Shown here one piece after another: positions 40,893-50,009 of a stretch of DNA of 64,000 nucleotides. The DNA comes from a virus. Both the position numbers and the translations under genes were made by a program. How positions within the stretch are numbered: the stretch's first letter is position 1; each line of letters begins with the position of its first letter. The notes below the pieces were generated by a model, which was not told the origin of the DNA, ran no database searches, and was given only the letters and a program-made list of their open reading frames with translations. The DNA lies in the IMG/VR virus record IMGVR_UViG_3300007735_000791, positions 23,102 to 87,101 of that record. The stretch is one strand, 5' to 3'.

Positions 40893-41141
40893 ATGAGTAA
40901 TTACACACTAGACAAAAACAATGTAGTTTTCGCAGAAAAGTACATGGGAGACGGTAAGTATGCCAAAACATACAGCCGTTATCGCATTATCAAAACGTGG
41001 AAAAAAAGCACCTTACTTACTAAGGTAAACATAGCAACACGCAATGGTTGGATTGTCACACACTGGACAACACATGCTGGCTTTTTTCCTTCGGCACTTC
41101 TCGTCAAAACGTACCTATGCGACACAGATGAGGCAATGTGA
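40893..41141 (+). CDS. Early hypothetical protein
   Basis: AGGAGG RBS. Confidence 0.6.
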   Translation: MSNYTLDKNNVVFAEKYMGDGKYAKTYSRYRIIKTWKKSTLLTKVNIATRNGWIVTHWTTHAGFFPSALLVKTYLCDTDEAM

Positions 41142-41389
41142 TTGAGAACAGCGAGTATTTTGCTAACTTAAAACGTTGGGACGTTTTGGACTGGTTTAAT
41201 ACGTTGCTAATTCGTGTGTCTATGACATACAACGAAAAAGAACGTTTGATGTTGTTTTCAGAGATTGGAAGTCTTACTGACTTCTATCCTGAGTTTCGTC
41301 CTTACGCTCGCAAGGCAGGAGTGCCTCGCATTTTGCCCGACAATTATCCAAGCACTTTAGGAGATACTTATGAAATTATCACGCAATAA
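41138..41389 (+). CDS. Early hypothetical protein
   Basis: GTGA coupling, GAGG RBS. Confidence 0.55.
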   Translation: MIENSEYFANLKRWDVLDWFNTLLIRVSMTYNEKERLMLFSEIGSLTDFYPEFRPYARKAGVPRILPDNYPSTLGDTYEIITQ

Positions 41390-41702
41390 ACCAACTCCAA
41401 AAAACCACTTTCGTTGGACTGTCAAATGGGTCAATGCTTACACTGAGGACACCGTTAAAACAGCAGAGGAAGCAGTTGTGGAGGCTCTAGGAGACTTAGA
41501 GGACGCAATTAAAAACGTTGGCTTTGGCACTAATCAGTTTGTTGTTACAGACAACGACACTGGTGACGTGATAGTTATTGGTTCTGACGTTGCGTTGGAC
41601 AGGGTTAATCAAATTAACACCATTATTAACGTAGACCAAAGCGTAACTTATGCGCCAACTACAACTGTCTACGTTCAAGATAGTAAAAGGAAAAAGAAAT
41701 GA
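41370..41702 (+). CDS. Early hypothetical protein
   Basis: AGGAG RBS. Confidence 0.6.
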   Translation: MKLSRNKPTPKNHFRWTVKWVNAYTEDTVKTAEEAVVEALGDLEDAIKNVGFGTNQFVVTDNDTGDVIVIGSDVALDRVNQINTIINVDQSVTYAPTTTVYVQDSKRKKK

Positions 41703-41977
41703 TTACTCGTTATGTACTACACCTGACGTGTAGTAAAGATAATACAGACGGTACTCCACGAAGGCTACAAGTTGTGTACTTGTCGGCAGGTGGAAGTAAT
41801 GTCATTGCTGACAACAAACAACCAACGCACAAAATTACAACTGTGTTGGAAGGGAAGTCGTGTCCATTGGAAGCACCAAAGGACGCACATGCTTTCATTG
41901 TCACTCCAACTTCGTACAACGAGTGGTTGGAGAAAATAGAAAGTCAATATCCACGAAACAAATGGAACAACATATAA
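41699..41977 (+). CDS. Early hypothetical protein
   Basis: ATGA coupling; D.DGTPRR motif. Confidence 0.6.
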   Translation: MITRYVLHLTCSKDNTDGTPRRLQVVYLSAGGSNVIADNKQPTHKITTVLEGKSCPLEAPKDAHAFIVTPTSYNEWLEKIESQYPRNKWNNI

Positions 41978-41991
41978 CAAAGGAGAATAAC

Positions 41992-42636
41992 ATGCCAAAC
42001 CATTGCTCAAACAACCTAACAATCAAAGGTAGCGAAACAGAAGTAAAACGTTTTCGTGAAGCCATTGTGAAACCAATAGAAGGACGCAATCACAGTGAGT
42101 TTGCGATACTACACAATTTGTATCCATGCCCTCTTGAATTGGAGAACATACCAACCATTATTGCCATAGATGATGATGAGAAAGCGCAAGAACAACAGAA
42201 ACTGTATGAAGCAAACATACAGAAGTTTGGTTCTCCGCACGCTTACGATTGGAAGTGTGAAAAGTGGGGAACTAAGTGGGGAGACTATGACGGTTTCATT
42301 ACTTGTGATGTAGAGCCACTAGACAATGGCATGGCTTATATGACGTTATCTTTTTCGTCAGCATGGTCTCCGCCAACCGCAGGGATTGTTCAAGTTTCAA
42401 CATTGTTTCCAACTTTGGAGTTTGTGCTTACCTTTGAGGAAGGTGGCATGGCTTTTATTGGTGGTGTCTCAATTAAGAATGGCGAGACAATAGCAGAACG
42501 TTGGGCAGAGTATCCTCCGTTTCAATCACGAGGTGACATGACTGATGACCAATATGACGATATGTACGAACAACACAATGACAGTCTTTTGAGGCTCATG
42601 GACGAAATTACTGAGGAATTGGCGGTTAGTTTCTAA
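41992..42636 (+). CDS. YubB/Api92-like (DUF1281) ferredoxin-fold protein
   Basis: MPNHC.N.L.I.G, YDW...WGTKW, F.SAWSPP, FP.L.F.L.FEE.G..F.G. Confidence 0.8.
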   Translation: MPNHCSNNLTIKGSETEVKRFREAIVKPIEGRNHSEFAILHNLYPCPLELENIPTIIAIDDDEKAQEQQKLYEANIQKFGSPHAYDWKCEKWGTKWGDYDGFITCDVEPLDNGMAYMTLSFSSAWSPPTAGIVQVSTLFPTLEFVLTFEEGGMAFIGGVSIKNGETIAERWAEYPPFQSRGDMTDDQYDDMYEQHNDSLLRLMDEITEELAVSF

Positions 42637-43223
42637 TGTCAAACACAACAATTACAAAACAAGAATTAAATGACCTTCGTAAATGGTCACGAGGATACGT
42701 TCAAGCCTTGTTGAGCCACGACAAGATATACGAGGGATATGACGAGTTTTATAGTTATGGAACTTACTGGGACGTCAATATACACGCCGTTGGTGAGCCA
42801 AACACAATTCACGTAGTTGCCTATGCTCAAATAATGCGCGAGGACGGTTTCCTAGAAACAAACACGTCTTGTTGGATTGAGGTACAACGCTACAACTTTG
42901 CTGGAGAAGCATTAACAATGAATGAACACAAAACTTCAAACGTTGATATGGTGCTGGTAGATGTACCGCGATTGTACGCATGGAGTGGACGCCAAACATA
43001 TCCAACAACAATGACTTTGTTCTTGGACATTATTGGTTGGAATGATGAATATCTTGGTGGCAAATCAACAGAGCCAATGCCCGACTTGGGATACTTGGAG
43101 GCTGACTTACTGGGGTTGGCTCTTGTGGAATACTCAAACAATACAGAAAAAGTTTACGAGTACCTATCTAACAACTTGTTGAAAGACCAACTGACAATAC
43201 CATTTGATGACAAGAACTCATAA
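42636..43223 (+). CDS. Early hypothetical protein
   Basis: TAATG coupling; LFLDIIG...LGYLE.D.L..AL.EY motif. Confidence 0.6.
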   Translation: MSNTTITKQELNDLRKWSRGYVQALLSHDKIYEGYDEFYSYGTYWDVNIHAVGEPNTIHVVAYAQIMREDGFLETNTSCWIEVQRYNFAGEALTMNEHKTSNVDMVLVDVPRLYAWSGRQTYPTTMTLFLDIIGWNDEYLGGKSTEPMPDLGYLEADLLGLALVEYSNNTEKVYEYLSNNLLKDQLTIPFDDKNS

Positions 43224-43233
43224 GTGTTAATGT
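43201..43233 (+). promoter_or_regulatory. Early promoter copy 4 (leaderless to 43240)
   Basis: CATTTGATGACA-N15-TAATGT, ATG 6 nt downstream. Confidence 0.8.
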
Positions 43234-43239
43234 AAAAAC

Positions 43240-43446
43240 ATGGACGAATTAAAACTTATTCACGAAACGTTAATTCAACTGGTTGGTGAAATGTGTGAAA
43301 TACACACAGACAGCACTATCTACGAGGACTGCTATGTTCTTGAAGTAACGCCTGACACTGTGTTAGTTGAAGCATACAGCGAAGTAAAAAGCGGTTTGCG
43401 GGAGTTTCTAATACCTTTAGAAACAATACGAGGATTAGACCACTAA
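43240..43446 (+). CDS. Early hypothetical protein
   Basis: Leaderless start. Confidence 0.55.
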   Translation: MDELKLIHETLIQLVGEMCEIHTDSTIYEDCYVLEVTPDTVLVEAYSEVKSGLREFLIPLETIRGLDH

Positions 43447-43460
43447 TTAAAAAAGGGGCA

Positions 43461-43658
43461 ATGATGAAAAACTACACAGACAGCAGACCGCCATTTGTGA
43501 AAGGGGCAGGAAAGCATATTCCAAATCCGCCAAAGAAACGCGAAATACCAATTTTTGAGGACAACATTACGTACGAGGAATGGTGCGAAGCATTAAACCT
43601 TGACCCCAATGATGACGAAAACTCAATCTCATGGTCGGAAATGAGGAACAACCAATGA
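43461..43658 (+). CDS. Early hypothetical protein
   Basis: Purine-rich RBS; tiles in the operon. Confidence 0.5.
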   Translation: MMKNYTDSRPPFVKGAGKHIPNPPKKREIPIFEDNITYEEWCEALNLDPNDDENSISWSEMRNNQ

Positions 43659-43912
43659 GGATTAAAGACGCGATAGACATGCTCAAAAATAACTACAGAA
43701 CAAATGACGCTGACGAACATTTGTCAGAGGAAGTAGTTATTGCTTGGTGGGACAAAGACTGGTTTGAACTAATGCTGGACACAAAGTTATCAGATGACGA
43801 GTGGTTGGACATTTTAAGCACTTCTGAATTGGTGATTGAAAACTGTGACATTGGTCAGTATTTGATGAACGAAGCATTAGAGACATTACAACAATCAAGG
43901 AAAGGTAAATAA
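43655..43912 (+). CDS. Acidic early hypothetical protein
   Basis: ATGA coupling, GAGG RBS. Confidence 0.55.
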   Translation: MRIKDAIDMLKNNYRTNDADEHLSEEVVIAWWDKDWFELMLDTKLSDDEWLDILSTSELVIENCDIGQYLMNEALETLQQSRKGK

Positions 43913-43913
43913 C

Positions 43914-44282
43914 ATGGGCGCGGACTTCATGTTTTCAATTAACGAAATGAAACTTACCAAAGAGGAGGCGTACGCAAAGGCTAGGAAGTACGCCGACAAT
44001 TCTTTGGAAGCGACTGTGACAATGCTGGTAGAACAGTGTGGTTGTTATGAGTTTGACAACATGTATCTTGAGGGATACGACATTACTTCAGACCAACTTT
44101 ATGAGTTCTTGACCGAGTGTATAAACACCGTTTACAATTACCAATCACTTCGTGATTGTAGTTATTTTACTATTGACTATACACGAACGTTTGCCATAAC
44201 TGGAGGAATGTCTTGGGGAGATGAGCCAAGTAATTCTTACAAGAGTTTCAACGTGTGTGAAGTTTTGGGATTAACTGATTAA
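43914..44282 (+). CDS. Early hypothetical protein
   Basis: MGADF...TGGMSWGD.P motif. Confidence 0.65.
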   Translation: MGADFMFSINEMKLTKEEAYAKARKYADNSLEATVTMLVEQCGCYEFDNMYLEGYDITSDQLYEFLTECINTVYNYQSLRDCSYFTIDYTRTFAITGGMSWGDEPSNSYKSFNVCEVLGLTD

Positions 44283-44283
44283 G

Positions 44284-44316
44284 CACTTGGTGACAAGGAC
44301 AGCCAAGTGCTAAAGT
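44284..44316 (+). promoter_or_regulatory. Early promoter copy 5
   Basis: CACTTGGTGACA-N15-TAAAGT; hairpin TATAGAC/GTCTATA at +1. Confidence 0.85.
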
Positions 44317-44361
44317 TTTAATATAGACAATCGTCTATACACAATAAACAAGGAGGACAAC

Positions 44362-44823
44362 ATGGGATTAGACCAATACTTGTACGCAGAGAAATACTAT
44401 TCTCCGTACAACAAAACTGACAAGCGTTACGAGGACTTCAACAAAATAGTTGAACTTGTTGAAGCAACTGACATCATTGAGCCTGACTATCCAAGCGCAC
44501 TTGTTCGCGTCAAAGTAGCACAGTGGCGCAAAGCCAATCAAATCCACAAATGGTTTGTGGACGCTTGTCAAGGAGGAGAGGACGATTGTAGGGACGCTTA
44601 TGTGGAATTAAGTAGTCTCCAATCTCTAAAAAAAGTGTGTAAACAAGTTGTGGAAAATCCTTCAATCGCTGAGGACTATTTGCCTACACAAAGTGGTTTT
44701 TTCTTTGGAGGCGAGGAATATGACGAATACTACTTGGAACAATTACAAGACACAATTAGTGTCATTGAAAAACTTGAGGCAATGGGAAACGAGTGGTCAT
44801 TTGTATACTCGTCCTCGTGGTGA
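44362..44823 (+). CDS. Conserved phage hypothetical protein
   Basis: MGLD.YL...WRKANQIH.WF...LPT.SGFFFG..YDEYY...Y.SSW; AGGAGG RBS. Confidence 0.8.
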   Translation: MGLDQYLYAEKYYSPYNKTDKRYEDFNKIVELVEATDIIEPDYPSALVRVKVAQWRKANQIHKWFVDACQGGEDDCRDAYVELSSLQSLKKVCKQVVENPSIAEDYLPTQSGFFFGGEEYDEYYLEQLQDTISVIEKLEAMGNEWSFVYSSSW

Positions 44824-44824
44824 C

Positions 44825-45016
44825 ATGAAAACAAAAACATACAACGTTACGTTTGTTGGAGAGTACATGTGTTTGACAACTACCATTGAGGCTACAAACG
44901 AGGACACAGCAATTCAAGAAGCAATGGCACATATTAACGAACAATATGGTTGGGACTTGGAGGAAATAGAAATCATTGACACTACGTGTGAACGTTTGAA
45001 AGGGGTATATTTGTGA
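44825..45016 (+). CDS. Early hypothetical protein
   Basis: Y.VTF...IEA.NED.AI.EA pattern. Confidence 0.55.
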   Translation: MKTKTYNVTFVGEYMCLTTTIEATNEDTAIQEAMAHINEQYGWDLEEIEIIDTTCERLKGVYL

Positions 45017-45303
45017 CAACCATTTGTGACGCCGTAGAAGTATGGGAGAACTGGTACAAACCACTTACCAACAAGTTCATATCAGATGACGAAACAAAGT
45101 TGTTTGAAACGTATGGTGAGGAATACGACTTTGTATCTAACTCACCTGAGAAAAAAGTGTGGACATGGGTGGACGGTTCTGACGGTACGTACATTGTTTC
45201 AGGCTTACACTTTGTCAATCGCATTGGGTATTTTGTGACTGAGGAGGAGTGGCAATCACCTATGGTAGTGCCATATGAGAAATATGAAACGGTAGGTGTA
45301 TAA
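45013..45303 (+). CDS. Conserved phage hypothetical protein
   Basis: FETYGEE..FV...VWTWVDG...I.SG.HFVNRIGYFVT. Confidence 0.7.
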   Translation: MTTICDAVEVWENWYKPLTNKFISDDETKLFETYGEEYDFVSNSPEKKVWTWVDGSDGTYIVSGLHFVNRIGYFVTEEEWQSPMVVPYEKYETVGV

Positions 45304-45519
45304 ATGAAAGTATCAGATTACCTAAACGCAGGCGTAGAGGTAGAGTTACTTTACGAGTTGTGCGAAGTTGCTAGAAATACTTTTGGTGAAACCGCAGTAG
45401 AAGCACTTGTTGGTGCGTTGTCTACAGTAGTAACACTAAAACAATTACAAACATTGGTTACAAACTGGAAAGAATTAGAACTTAAAAAACAATCGGAGTA
45501 CATAACAAATCATGATTAA
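45304..45519 (+). CDS. Early hypothetical protein
   Basis: Tiles in the operon. Confidence 0.55.
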   Translation: MKVSDYLNAGVEVELLYELCEVARNTFGETAVEALVGALSTVVTLKQLQTLVTNWKELELKKQSEYITNHD

Positions 45520-45676
45520 GTTTGACAAAATAGTATATTCGGTATGGGTAGGTGGAGGAGAAGTAAACGACCACTACATTACCGACCACAGGACGGCGCA
45601 AGAACTTGCTGACGAGTATTTGTCAGAAGGATATGATGACGTAGAGATAACGTTTCAGTGGCAACCACATGACTGA
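45512..45676 (+). CDS. 54-aa early protein (not in the ORF track)
   Basis: GGAG RBS; YSVWVGGGEVND.Y...A..LA.EY..EGYDDV. Confidence 0.6.
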   Translation: MIKFDKIVYSVWVGGGEVNDHYITDHRTAQELADEYLSEGYDDVEITFQWQPHD

Positions 45677-45821
45677 CGACCACAGCATATGCCCTTCGTG
45701 TGGCGACCACATGACAAACAACCACTCCAATTACGTACCTACGTGGAGTGACGACCACGACAATATCGTGTGTTGGTGGTGTGCTAAACACGACCACGAC
45801 CACTTGGTGACAAAGAACTAG
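45669..45821 (+). CDS. 50-aa His/Cys-rich protein (not in the ORF track)
   Basis: MTDDHSICPSCGDH...VCWWCAKHDHDH. Confidence 0.5.
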   Translation: MTDDHSICPSCGDHMTNNHSNYVPTWSDDHDNIVCWWCAKHDHDHLVTKN

Positions 45822-45833
45822 GAGTGCTACAGT
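45801..45833 (+). promoter_or_regulatory. Early promoter copy 6
   Basis: CACTTGGTGACA-N15-TACAGT. Confidence 0.85.
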
Positions 45834-45851
45834 TTCGTTAGGAGGTAATTT

Positions 45852-46103
45852 ATGACAACAAATACAACCACAAAAAACTACAAAACGTTCATTACAGAAG
45901 TTCTTGACGTCACAAGTAACTGTGAAGGCTCAGGATTAGTTTCTGAGATTAACCTGATTGCCACTGAGTACGAGGAATACCTATTTACTACTCCATTGCC
46001 AAACACTGTCGCAACGTGGATAAATGAACTATTCATGCTCATTGACAACTGCGAAGGCTCAGAACTACAGCGCGAGTTAATCTCGCTTAAATCGCCAATC
46101 TAA
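45852..46103 (+). CDS. Early protein with internal duplication
   Basis: AGGAGG RBS; NCEGS.L..E occurs twice. Confidence 0.6.
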   Translation: MTTNTTTKNYKTFITEVLDVTSNCEGSGLVSEINLIATEYEEYLFTTPLPNTVATWINELFMLIDNCEGSELQRELISLKSPI

Positions 46104-46114
46104 CGGGAGGCACA

Positions 46115-46351
46115 GTGATATACATTGACAAGAACAATGGCTCATGGGGCAGTTGTACCTTTAAGTCCATTGCCTTCATTGACGACAGTGCGTGGACGAT
46201 TGACGACTTCAACGAGATGTCAAACTGGAACGACACAATGATTGTTGAGTATGCCGAGTTATATGACCAATATGGATACGTGCCTAATTACGTACCTCCT
46301 TCTCCTACTGAGTGGGCAACTTCAAACTATCAGACGAGTATCCTCCTTTGA
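46115..46351 (+). CDS. Early hypothetical protein
   Basis: GGAGG RBS before GTG. Confidence 0.6.
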   Translation: MIYIDKNNGSWGSCTFKSIAFIDDSAWTIDDFNEMSNWNDTMIVEYAELYDQYGYVPNYVPPSPTEWATSNYQTSILL

Positions 46352-46361
46352 CAAGTCGCGC

Positions 46362-46394
46362 TATTTGGTGACAGTCACAGCCTTGTGTTACAGT
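46362..46394 (+). promoter_or_regulatory. Early promoter copy 7
   Basis: TATTTGGTGACA-N15-TACAGT. Confidence 0.8.
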
Positions 46395-46460
46395 GTGTTT
46401 AAGGCAAGGGTACGCAATGATACCCGTGTAAGACTACCGTAGTCGGTAGCACCCTTGCCG

Positions 46461-46497
46461 ACACACAACACAACACAACACAACGAAGGACAACACA
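46461..46497 (+). repeat. (CAACA)n tract in a 5' leader
   Basis: acacacaacacaacacaacacaacgaaggacaacaca immediately before the ATG at 46498. Confidence 0.8.
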
Positions 46498-47220
46498 ATG
46501 GACACAATCACTAATGGCAAAGAGATTACTCGCACGAAGGTAGCGTATACCTTTGACGAGTTATCGGACAAGGCGAAGGACGTAGTAATTGAGCGTGAAC
46601 GCGAGATTGCGTACGAGACAGTACACTTGTTTGGCGACATTGAGTGCGACATGAAAGAGCATGTCATCAAAGAACTCACAGGCGAGGAATTGTCGTACTG
46701 GGGTAAACAATTCACTGACCTCAAAATTGAATACTCCTTGTCTCATTGTCAGGGAGACGGAGTTGCGTTCTACGGTAATCTCTACCGCAATGAAGCACCT
46801 CAACTCAACTGGGCAGACCCCATTGAGCGCGTGGTACTCAAACGCAATTATTGGGGCAATCACTACACTCACAAGAACTGCTTTAACTTAGAGTTCTACA
46901 ACGAGGACGGAGACATGATTGGCACTGACGGAGGCTCGCGCAATGACATTGTGCTGTACCTGACTGAGGCTATGAAGCCCACACTCTTTGGCACGTCAGA
47001 TAAAGACAATATGACAGCCGACCAACTGGCAGTTCACCAATCCATGACCGATATCATGAACGACTTAAAGAACTTGTGCGTGACAGCCGAGCGCGTGGGT
47101 TATGCGACCATTGACAACCTCACAAGTAAAGAGACGATACTAGAGCGTATTCAGTTTGACGACATGCCACGCAAATATGACGTGGACGGACAACTACTAG
47201 AACCTCTTTGGTGGGAGTGA
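46498..47220 (+). CDS. Acidic early protein of a mobile-element-associated family
   Basis: YTFDELSD.AK, YSLS.CQGDGV.F, GY......S.E.I.E pattern. Confidence 0.65.
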   Translation: MDTITNGKEITRTKVAYTFDELSDKAKDVVIEREREIAYETVHLFGDIECDMKEHVIKELTGEELSYWGKQFTDLKIEYSLSHCQGDGVAFYGNLYRNEAPQLNWADPIERVVLKRNYWGNHYTHKNCFNLEFYNEDGDMIGTDGGSRNDIVLYLTEAMKPTLFGTSDKDNMTADQLAVHQSMTDIMNDLKNLCVTAERVGYATIDNLTSKETILERIQFDDMPRKYDVDGQLLEPLWWE

Positions 47221-47232
47221 CGTAGGTCATAA

Positions 47233-47265
47233 CACTTGGTGACAACAATACTACTGTAGTAGTGT
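47233..47265 (+). promoter_or_regulatory. Early promoter copy 8 (CRP-like AGTGA-N6-TCATA at 47216-47231 upstream)
   Basis: CACTTGGTGACA-N15-TAGTGT. Confidence 0.85.
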
Positions 47266-47289
47266 GTTATTAGAAGGAGATAAACAACA

Positions 47290-47514
47290 ATGACTAAGAA
47301 GGACTACGAAGCAGTCGCAAAGGTAATGCGACTTCAAATAAGTGGGGCACACAAGGTGGACATTACAGACTGGTCTAATCTTTGTCACGACCTCGCACGC
47401 AAGTTCTACGCAGACAATGAGAGGTTCTCGCACGAGAGGTTCTACACTGCTTGTGGCTTTGACATAGCGTTTCCGACCACAGACTGGCGCAACACGTTGA
47501 GGTTATCAGCATGA
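47290..47514 (+). CDS. Conserved small phage protein
   Basis: MTKKDYE..A...LA..F..DN.RF...RF..ACG. Confidence 0.7.
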   Translation: MTKKDYEAVAKVMRLQISGAHKVDITDWSNLCHDLARKFYADNERFSHERFYTACGFDIAFPTTDWRNTLRLSA

Positions 47515-47687
47515 CGACCACTACTCCCGTTGAGTATCAGTACGTGTGCTACGCGACAATCTGCTTACAGTTTGACAGCGAGCGCGAGTTATCTGACGCA
47601 GAAGTTGAGGCGCGAGCCAAAGAACTATTCTTTAAGGCGTCACCACGCCGTGACGAAGTTGCGATTGAGTGGGAGTTTGACGCATGA
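47511..47687 (+). CDS. 58-aa early protein (not in the ORF track)
   Basis: ATGA-coupled at both ends; MTTTTPVEYQYVCY... Confidence 0.6.
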   Translation: MTTTTPVEYQYVCYATICLQFDSERELSDAEVEARAKELFFKASPRRDEVAIEWEFDA

Positions 47688-48208
47688 ACTCCGCAGAAGT
47701 CGCCAAAGTTCTGACCGCCAATCCACAGACCGTCTTTATGCTCAAATTAGGAGGCAGGCGCAATCGCAGTGACTGTGGACGTATCCTGAAAGTACACGAG
47801 GAGACTGTGAGCATGGACAGGTATGGATACCGTCTTGGCAGGACACGCCGAGTGACAACTTACACTGTAGAGATTATCTCGCAGGTAAGTAACTTTGAAC
47901 TCACAGAGCCGACCTACCAAATTAAGACACACTACTCCAAAGTTCGTCCGAGCGAAGTGCTGTATGCCCTGACATGGGACAAGACACTAGAGCAGTTGTG
48001 CGAGGAGAGGACGAAGGCAGAGCGCGAGTATAAAGAGCGCATGGACACTAACGAGGCACGCAAACAAGCACTGGTCACGCAGTTGGTACTTGTCGCGGAC
48101 GTACAGGCGCATGAGTTACAGTCACTCAAACTACCCACACTGGAGGCACTTGTGAGGGCACTTGGTGACAACGATACTACTACGCTAGTCTCTAATCAGG
48201 AGGGATAA
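47684..48208 (+). CDS. Early hypothetical protein
   Basis: ATGA coupling. Confidence 0.6.
   Translation: MNSAEVAKVLTANPQTVFMLKLGGRRNRSDCGRILKVHEETVSMDRYGYRLGRTRRVTTYTVEIISQVSNFELTEPTYQIKTHYSKVRPSEVLYALTWDKTLEQLCEERTKAEREYKERMDTNEARKQALVTQLVLVADVQAHELQSLKLPTLEALVRALGDNDTTTLVSNQEG
48159..48191 (+). promoter_or_regulatory. Early promoter copy 9 (inside the end of an ORF)
   Basis: CACTTGGTGACA-N15-TAGTCT. Confidence 0.8.
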
Positions 48209-48214
48209 ACAACA

Positions 48215-48625
48215 ATGACAACAACAACGACAGGCAAAACACTTAGGTCTCACGCTTGCGACATCATCAGTGGCGCATACGAGACTGGCGTATATTACTG
48301 GGCAGTGGGTCTAGGTGACTACACTTGGTCAGACGAGGACGAGACAGCGAGCGTCACTATTTTTGAGATGGGCGACAGCACAGACTACGAGGAGGCGTAT
48401 AAAGGCAAGCCACTTCACCTCAACGAGACAATCGTTGCCGACTGGCTCAAACTTATGGGCACAACGTCAGAGGGCGTACAGACCCTCAGGGCACAACTCA
48501 ATGACAGGCTGGTCAAAGATATCATCATGCTCAACGTGGCGAACGACTACGACCTAGACTGGGACGCCTTTGACTATGACGCCGTAGTTCAGTTAATCAC
48601 ACTGGGAGAAGTGCGCTATGGCTGA
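48215..48625 (+). CDS. Conserved acidic phage protein
   Basis: AGGAGG RBS; G..YWA...DA..D.VVQ....GEV.YG. Confidence 0.7.
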   Translation: MTTTTTGKTLRSHACDIISGAYETGVYYWAVGLGDYTWSDEDETASVTIFEMGDSTDYEEAYKGKPLHLNETIVADWLKLMGTTSEGVQTLRAQLNDRLVKDIIMLNVANDYDLDWDAFDYDAVVQLITLGEVRYG

Positions 48626-48959
48626 GACACTGGAGAAGTTCGTGCGCGAGTGGGGCTTCTGCCCTCACGTGGACGAAGGCTTGTGCGAGACATGTCAGAG
48701 CGACCCGTCTCAAAGGTCATACAGCACAGGAGACATGCTTACACTCAATCATGAGAGGCAGGTCGCAATCTTTGGCTGGTGTCATTGTGAGGCGCATGAA
48801 GGCTCGCCTGAGGACATGCCCTATAGCGATTGCCCACGAGTAAAGTGCGCCGATTGTGGCGAAACACTGGACTTGGACGAGTACGGAGAAGGCGGACATA
48901 TATACCCTGACGGTAGCGTATTGTGCGCGACATGCGAGGCAATACGATATGTTGAGTGA
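48618..48959 (+). CDS. Cys-rich zinc-binding protein
   Basis: Several CxxC pairs. Confidence 0.6.
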   Translation: MAETLEKFVREWGFCPHVDEGLCETCQSDPSQRSYSTGDMLTLNHERQVAIFGWCHCEAHEGSPEDMPYSDCPRVKCADCGETLDLDEYGEGGHIYPDGSVLCATCEAIRYVE

Positions 48960-48976
48960 CGGACGACACACGCAAA

Positions 48977-49010
48977 CACTTGGTGACAATACTACTGTCA
49001 ATGCTAACGT
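48977..49010 (+). promoter_or_regulatory. Early promoter copy 10
   Basis: CACTTGGTGACA-N16-TAACGT. Confidence 0.8.
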
Positions 49011-49029
49011 GGGGTATATGGAGGACAAG

Positions 49030-49338
49030 ATGACAACGACACAATCATTACCAACACTTACGTTATTTGAGTGGGGCAAGAAGTATATTACTGACTTACC
49101 GCCCTCACAATTCCGCAAGCGCGACTTAGTTTACGGTACTAAGCCTCGCTTATTGTGGAAGGACGAGAACGAGGCAGAGGCACAACGCAACGCACTTGTG
49201 CTGGAAGGTCTCAGGTACGTGACGGAGGCAGGCTTGGCAGAGTACCTGACTGACCTTTACGGGACGCCAATCACAGACCATTACCGCCTCAAAGCAGTTC
49301 AACAACTCATGGAGAAGTGGCAAGAGAGGTTGCCCTAG
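49030..49338 (+). CDS. Early hypothetical protein
   Basis: GGAGGA RBS before ATG 49030. Confidence 0.6.
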   Translation: MTTTQSLPTLTLFEWGKKYITDLPPSQFRKRDLVYGTKPRLLWKDENEAEAQRNALVLEGLRYVTEAGLAEYLTDLYGTPITDHYRLKAVQQLMEKWQERLP

Positions 49339-49793
49339 TGACCACTGACACCTTTGGCGGACGCTACGCAGGCAGGTCGCCTGAGCAGAGTGGCAAGTTC
49401 TACGGACAGGCGCATGCTTGGCTGGACTTCATCACTGAGACAGTAGACGAGGACATGGCGAGGCAATGGCTGGAGGCATACGACCACTCGGCAGAGCATT
49501 GGGAGTACGACATGCCCAACCCACTGGACGTATGGGAGGAGTTCTATATGCCGACCACACGACCACAGGAGACCACACACGACCACACGCACGACCACAC
49601 GCATACACGCGACCACACACGCGCAGACGACCACACACGCACGCGTACAGGCGCGTACGCATGGGCACGCGCATACGCGAGCGCGTACAGGGACGCAACT
49701 GCCAAACTCATGAGGGAAGTCATTGAGAAGGGGTATATAGAAGGACAAGATACACGGGATAACAATAGTACGACAGGTGAGTATGGCGCGTAG
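49338..49793 (+). CDS. Early protein with internal GACCAC-repeat insertion
   Basis: GAGG RBS, GTG start; His/Thr/Asp-rich insert. Confidence 0.55.
   Translation: MTTDTFGGRYAGRSPEQSGKFYGQAHAWLDFITETVDEDMARQWLEAYDHSAEHWEYDMPNPLDVWEEFYMPTTRPQETTHDHTHDHTHTRDHTRADDHTRTRTGAYAWARAYASAYRDATAKLMREVIEKGYIEGQDTRDNNSTTGEYGA
49552..49640 (+). repeat. Seven GACCAC copies in an A/C-rich tract
   Basis: cgaccacac gaccacagga gaccacacac gaccacacgc acgaccacac ... gaccacacac ... gaccacac. Confidence 0.8.
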
Positions 49794-49894
49794 CCTACCC
49801 TTGTGCGCGAGTGAAGGTGTCGCGCAAACGCATAGCCCTAATATAGGCGTATGCGAACGTACGTACGCATGCGTGGATACGCGCAGTACACACG

Positions 49895-49903
49895 TTATCC
49901 ACA
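49895..49903 (+). promoter_or_regulatory. Perfect DnaA box
   Basis: TTATCCACA in a ~420-bp intergenic region; degenerate inverted copy CGTGGATAC at 49872-49880. Confidence 0.5.
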
Positions 49904-50009
49904 AGAACGCACTGCTGGGGCTGAAGGTATCCCTTCTATCTGTCAGCCTCAGCAGTCGCCTATCGCGAAGTGACCTATCAGTAGTACCTGCCTCAACGCC
50001 TGATACCGC

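Noticed and set aside
47530-47772. 80-aa ORF from the track
   Set aside because: The alternative frame 47511-47687 is ATGA-coupled at both ends and has normal composition.
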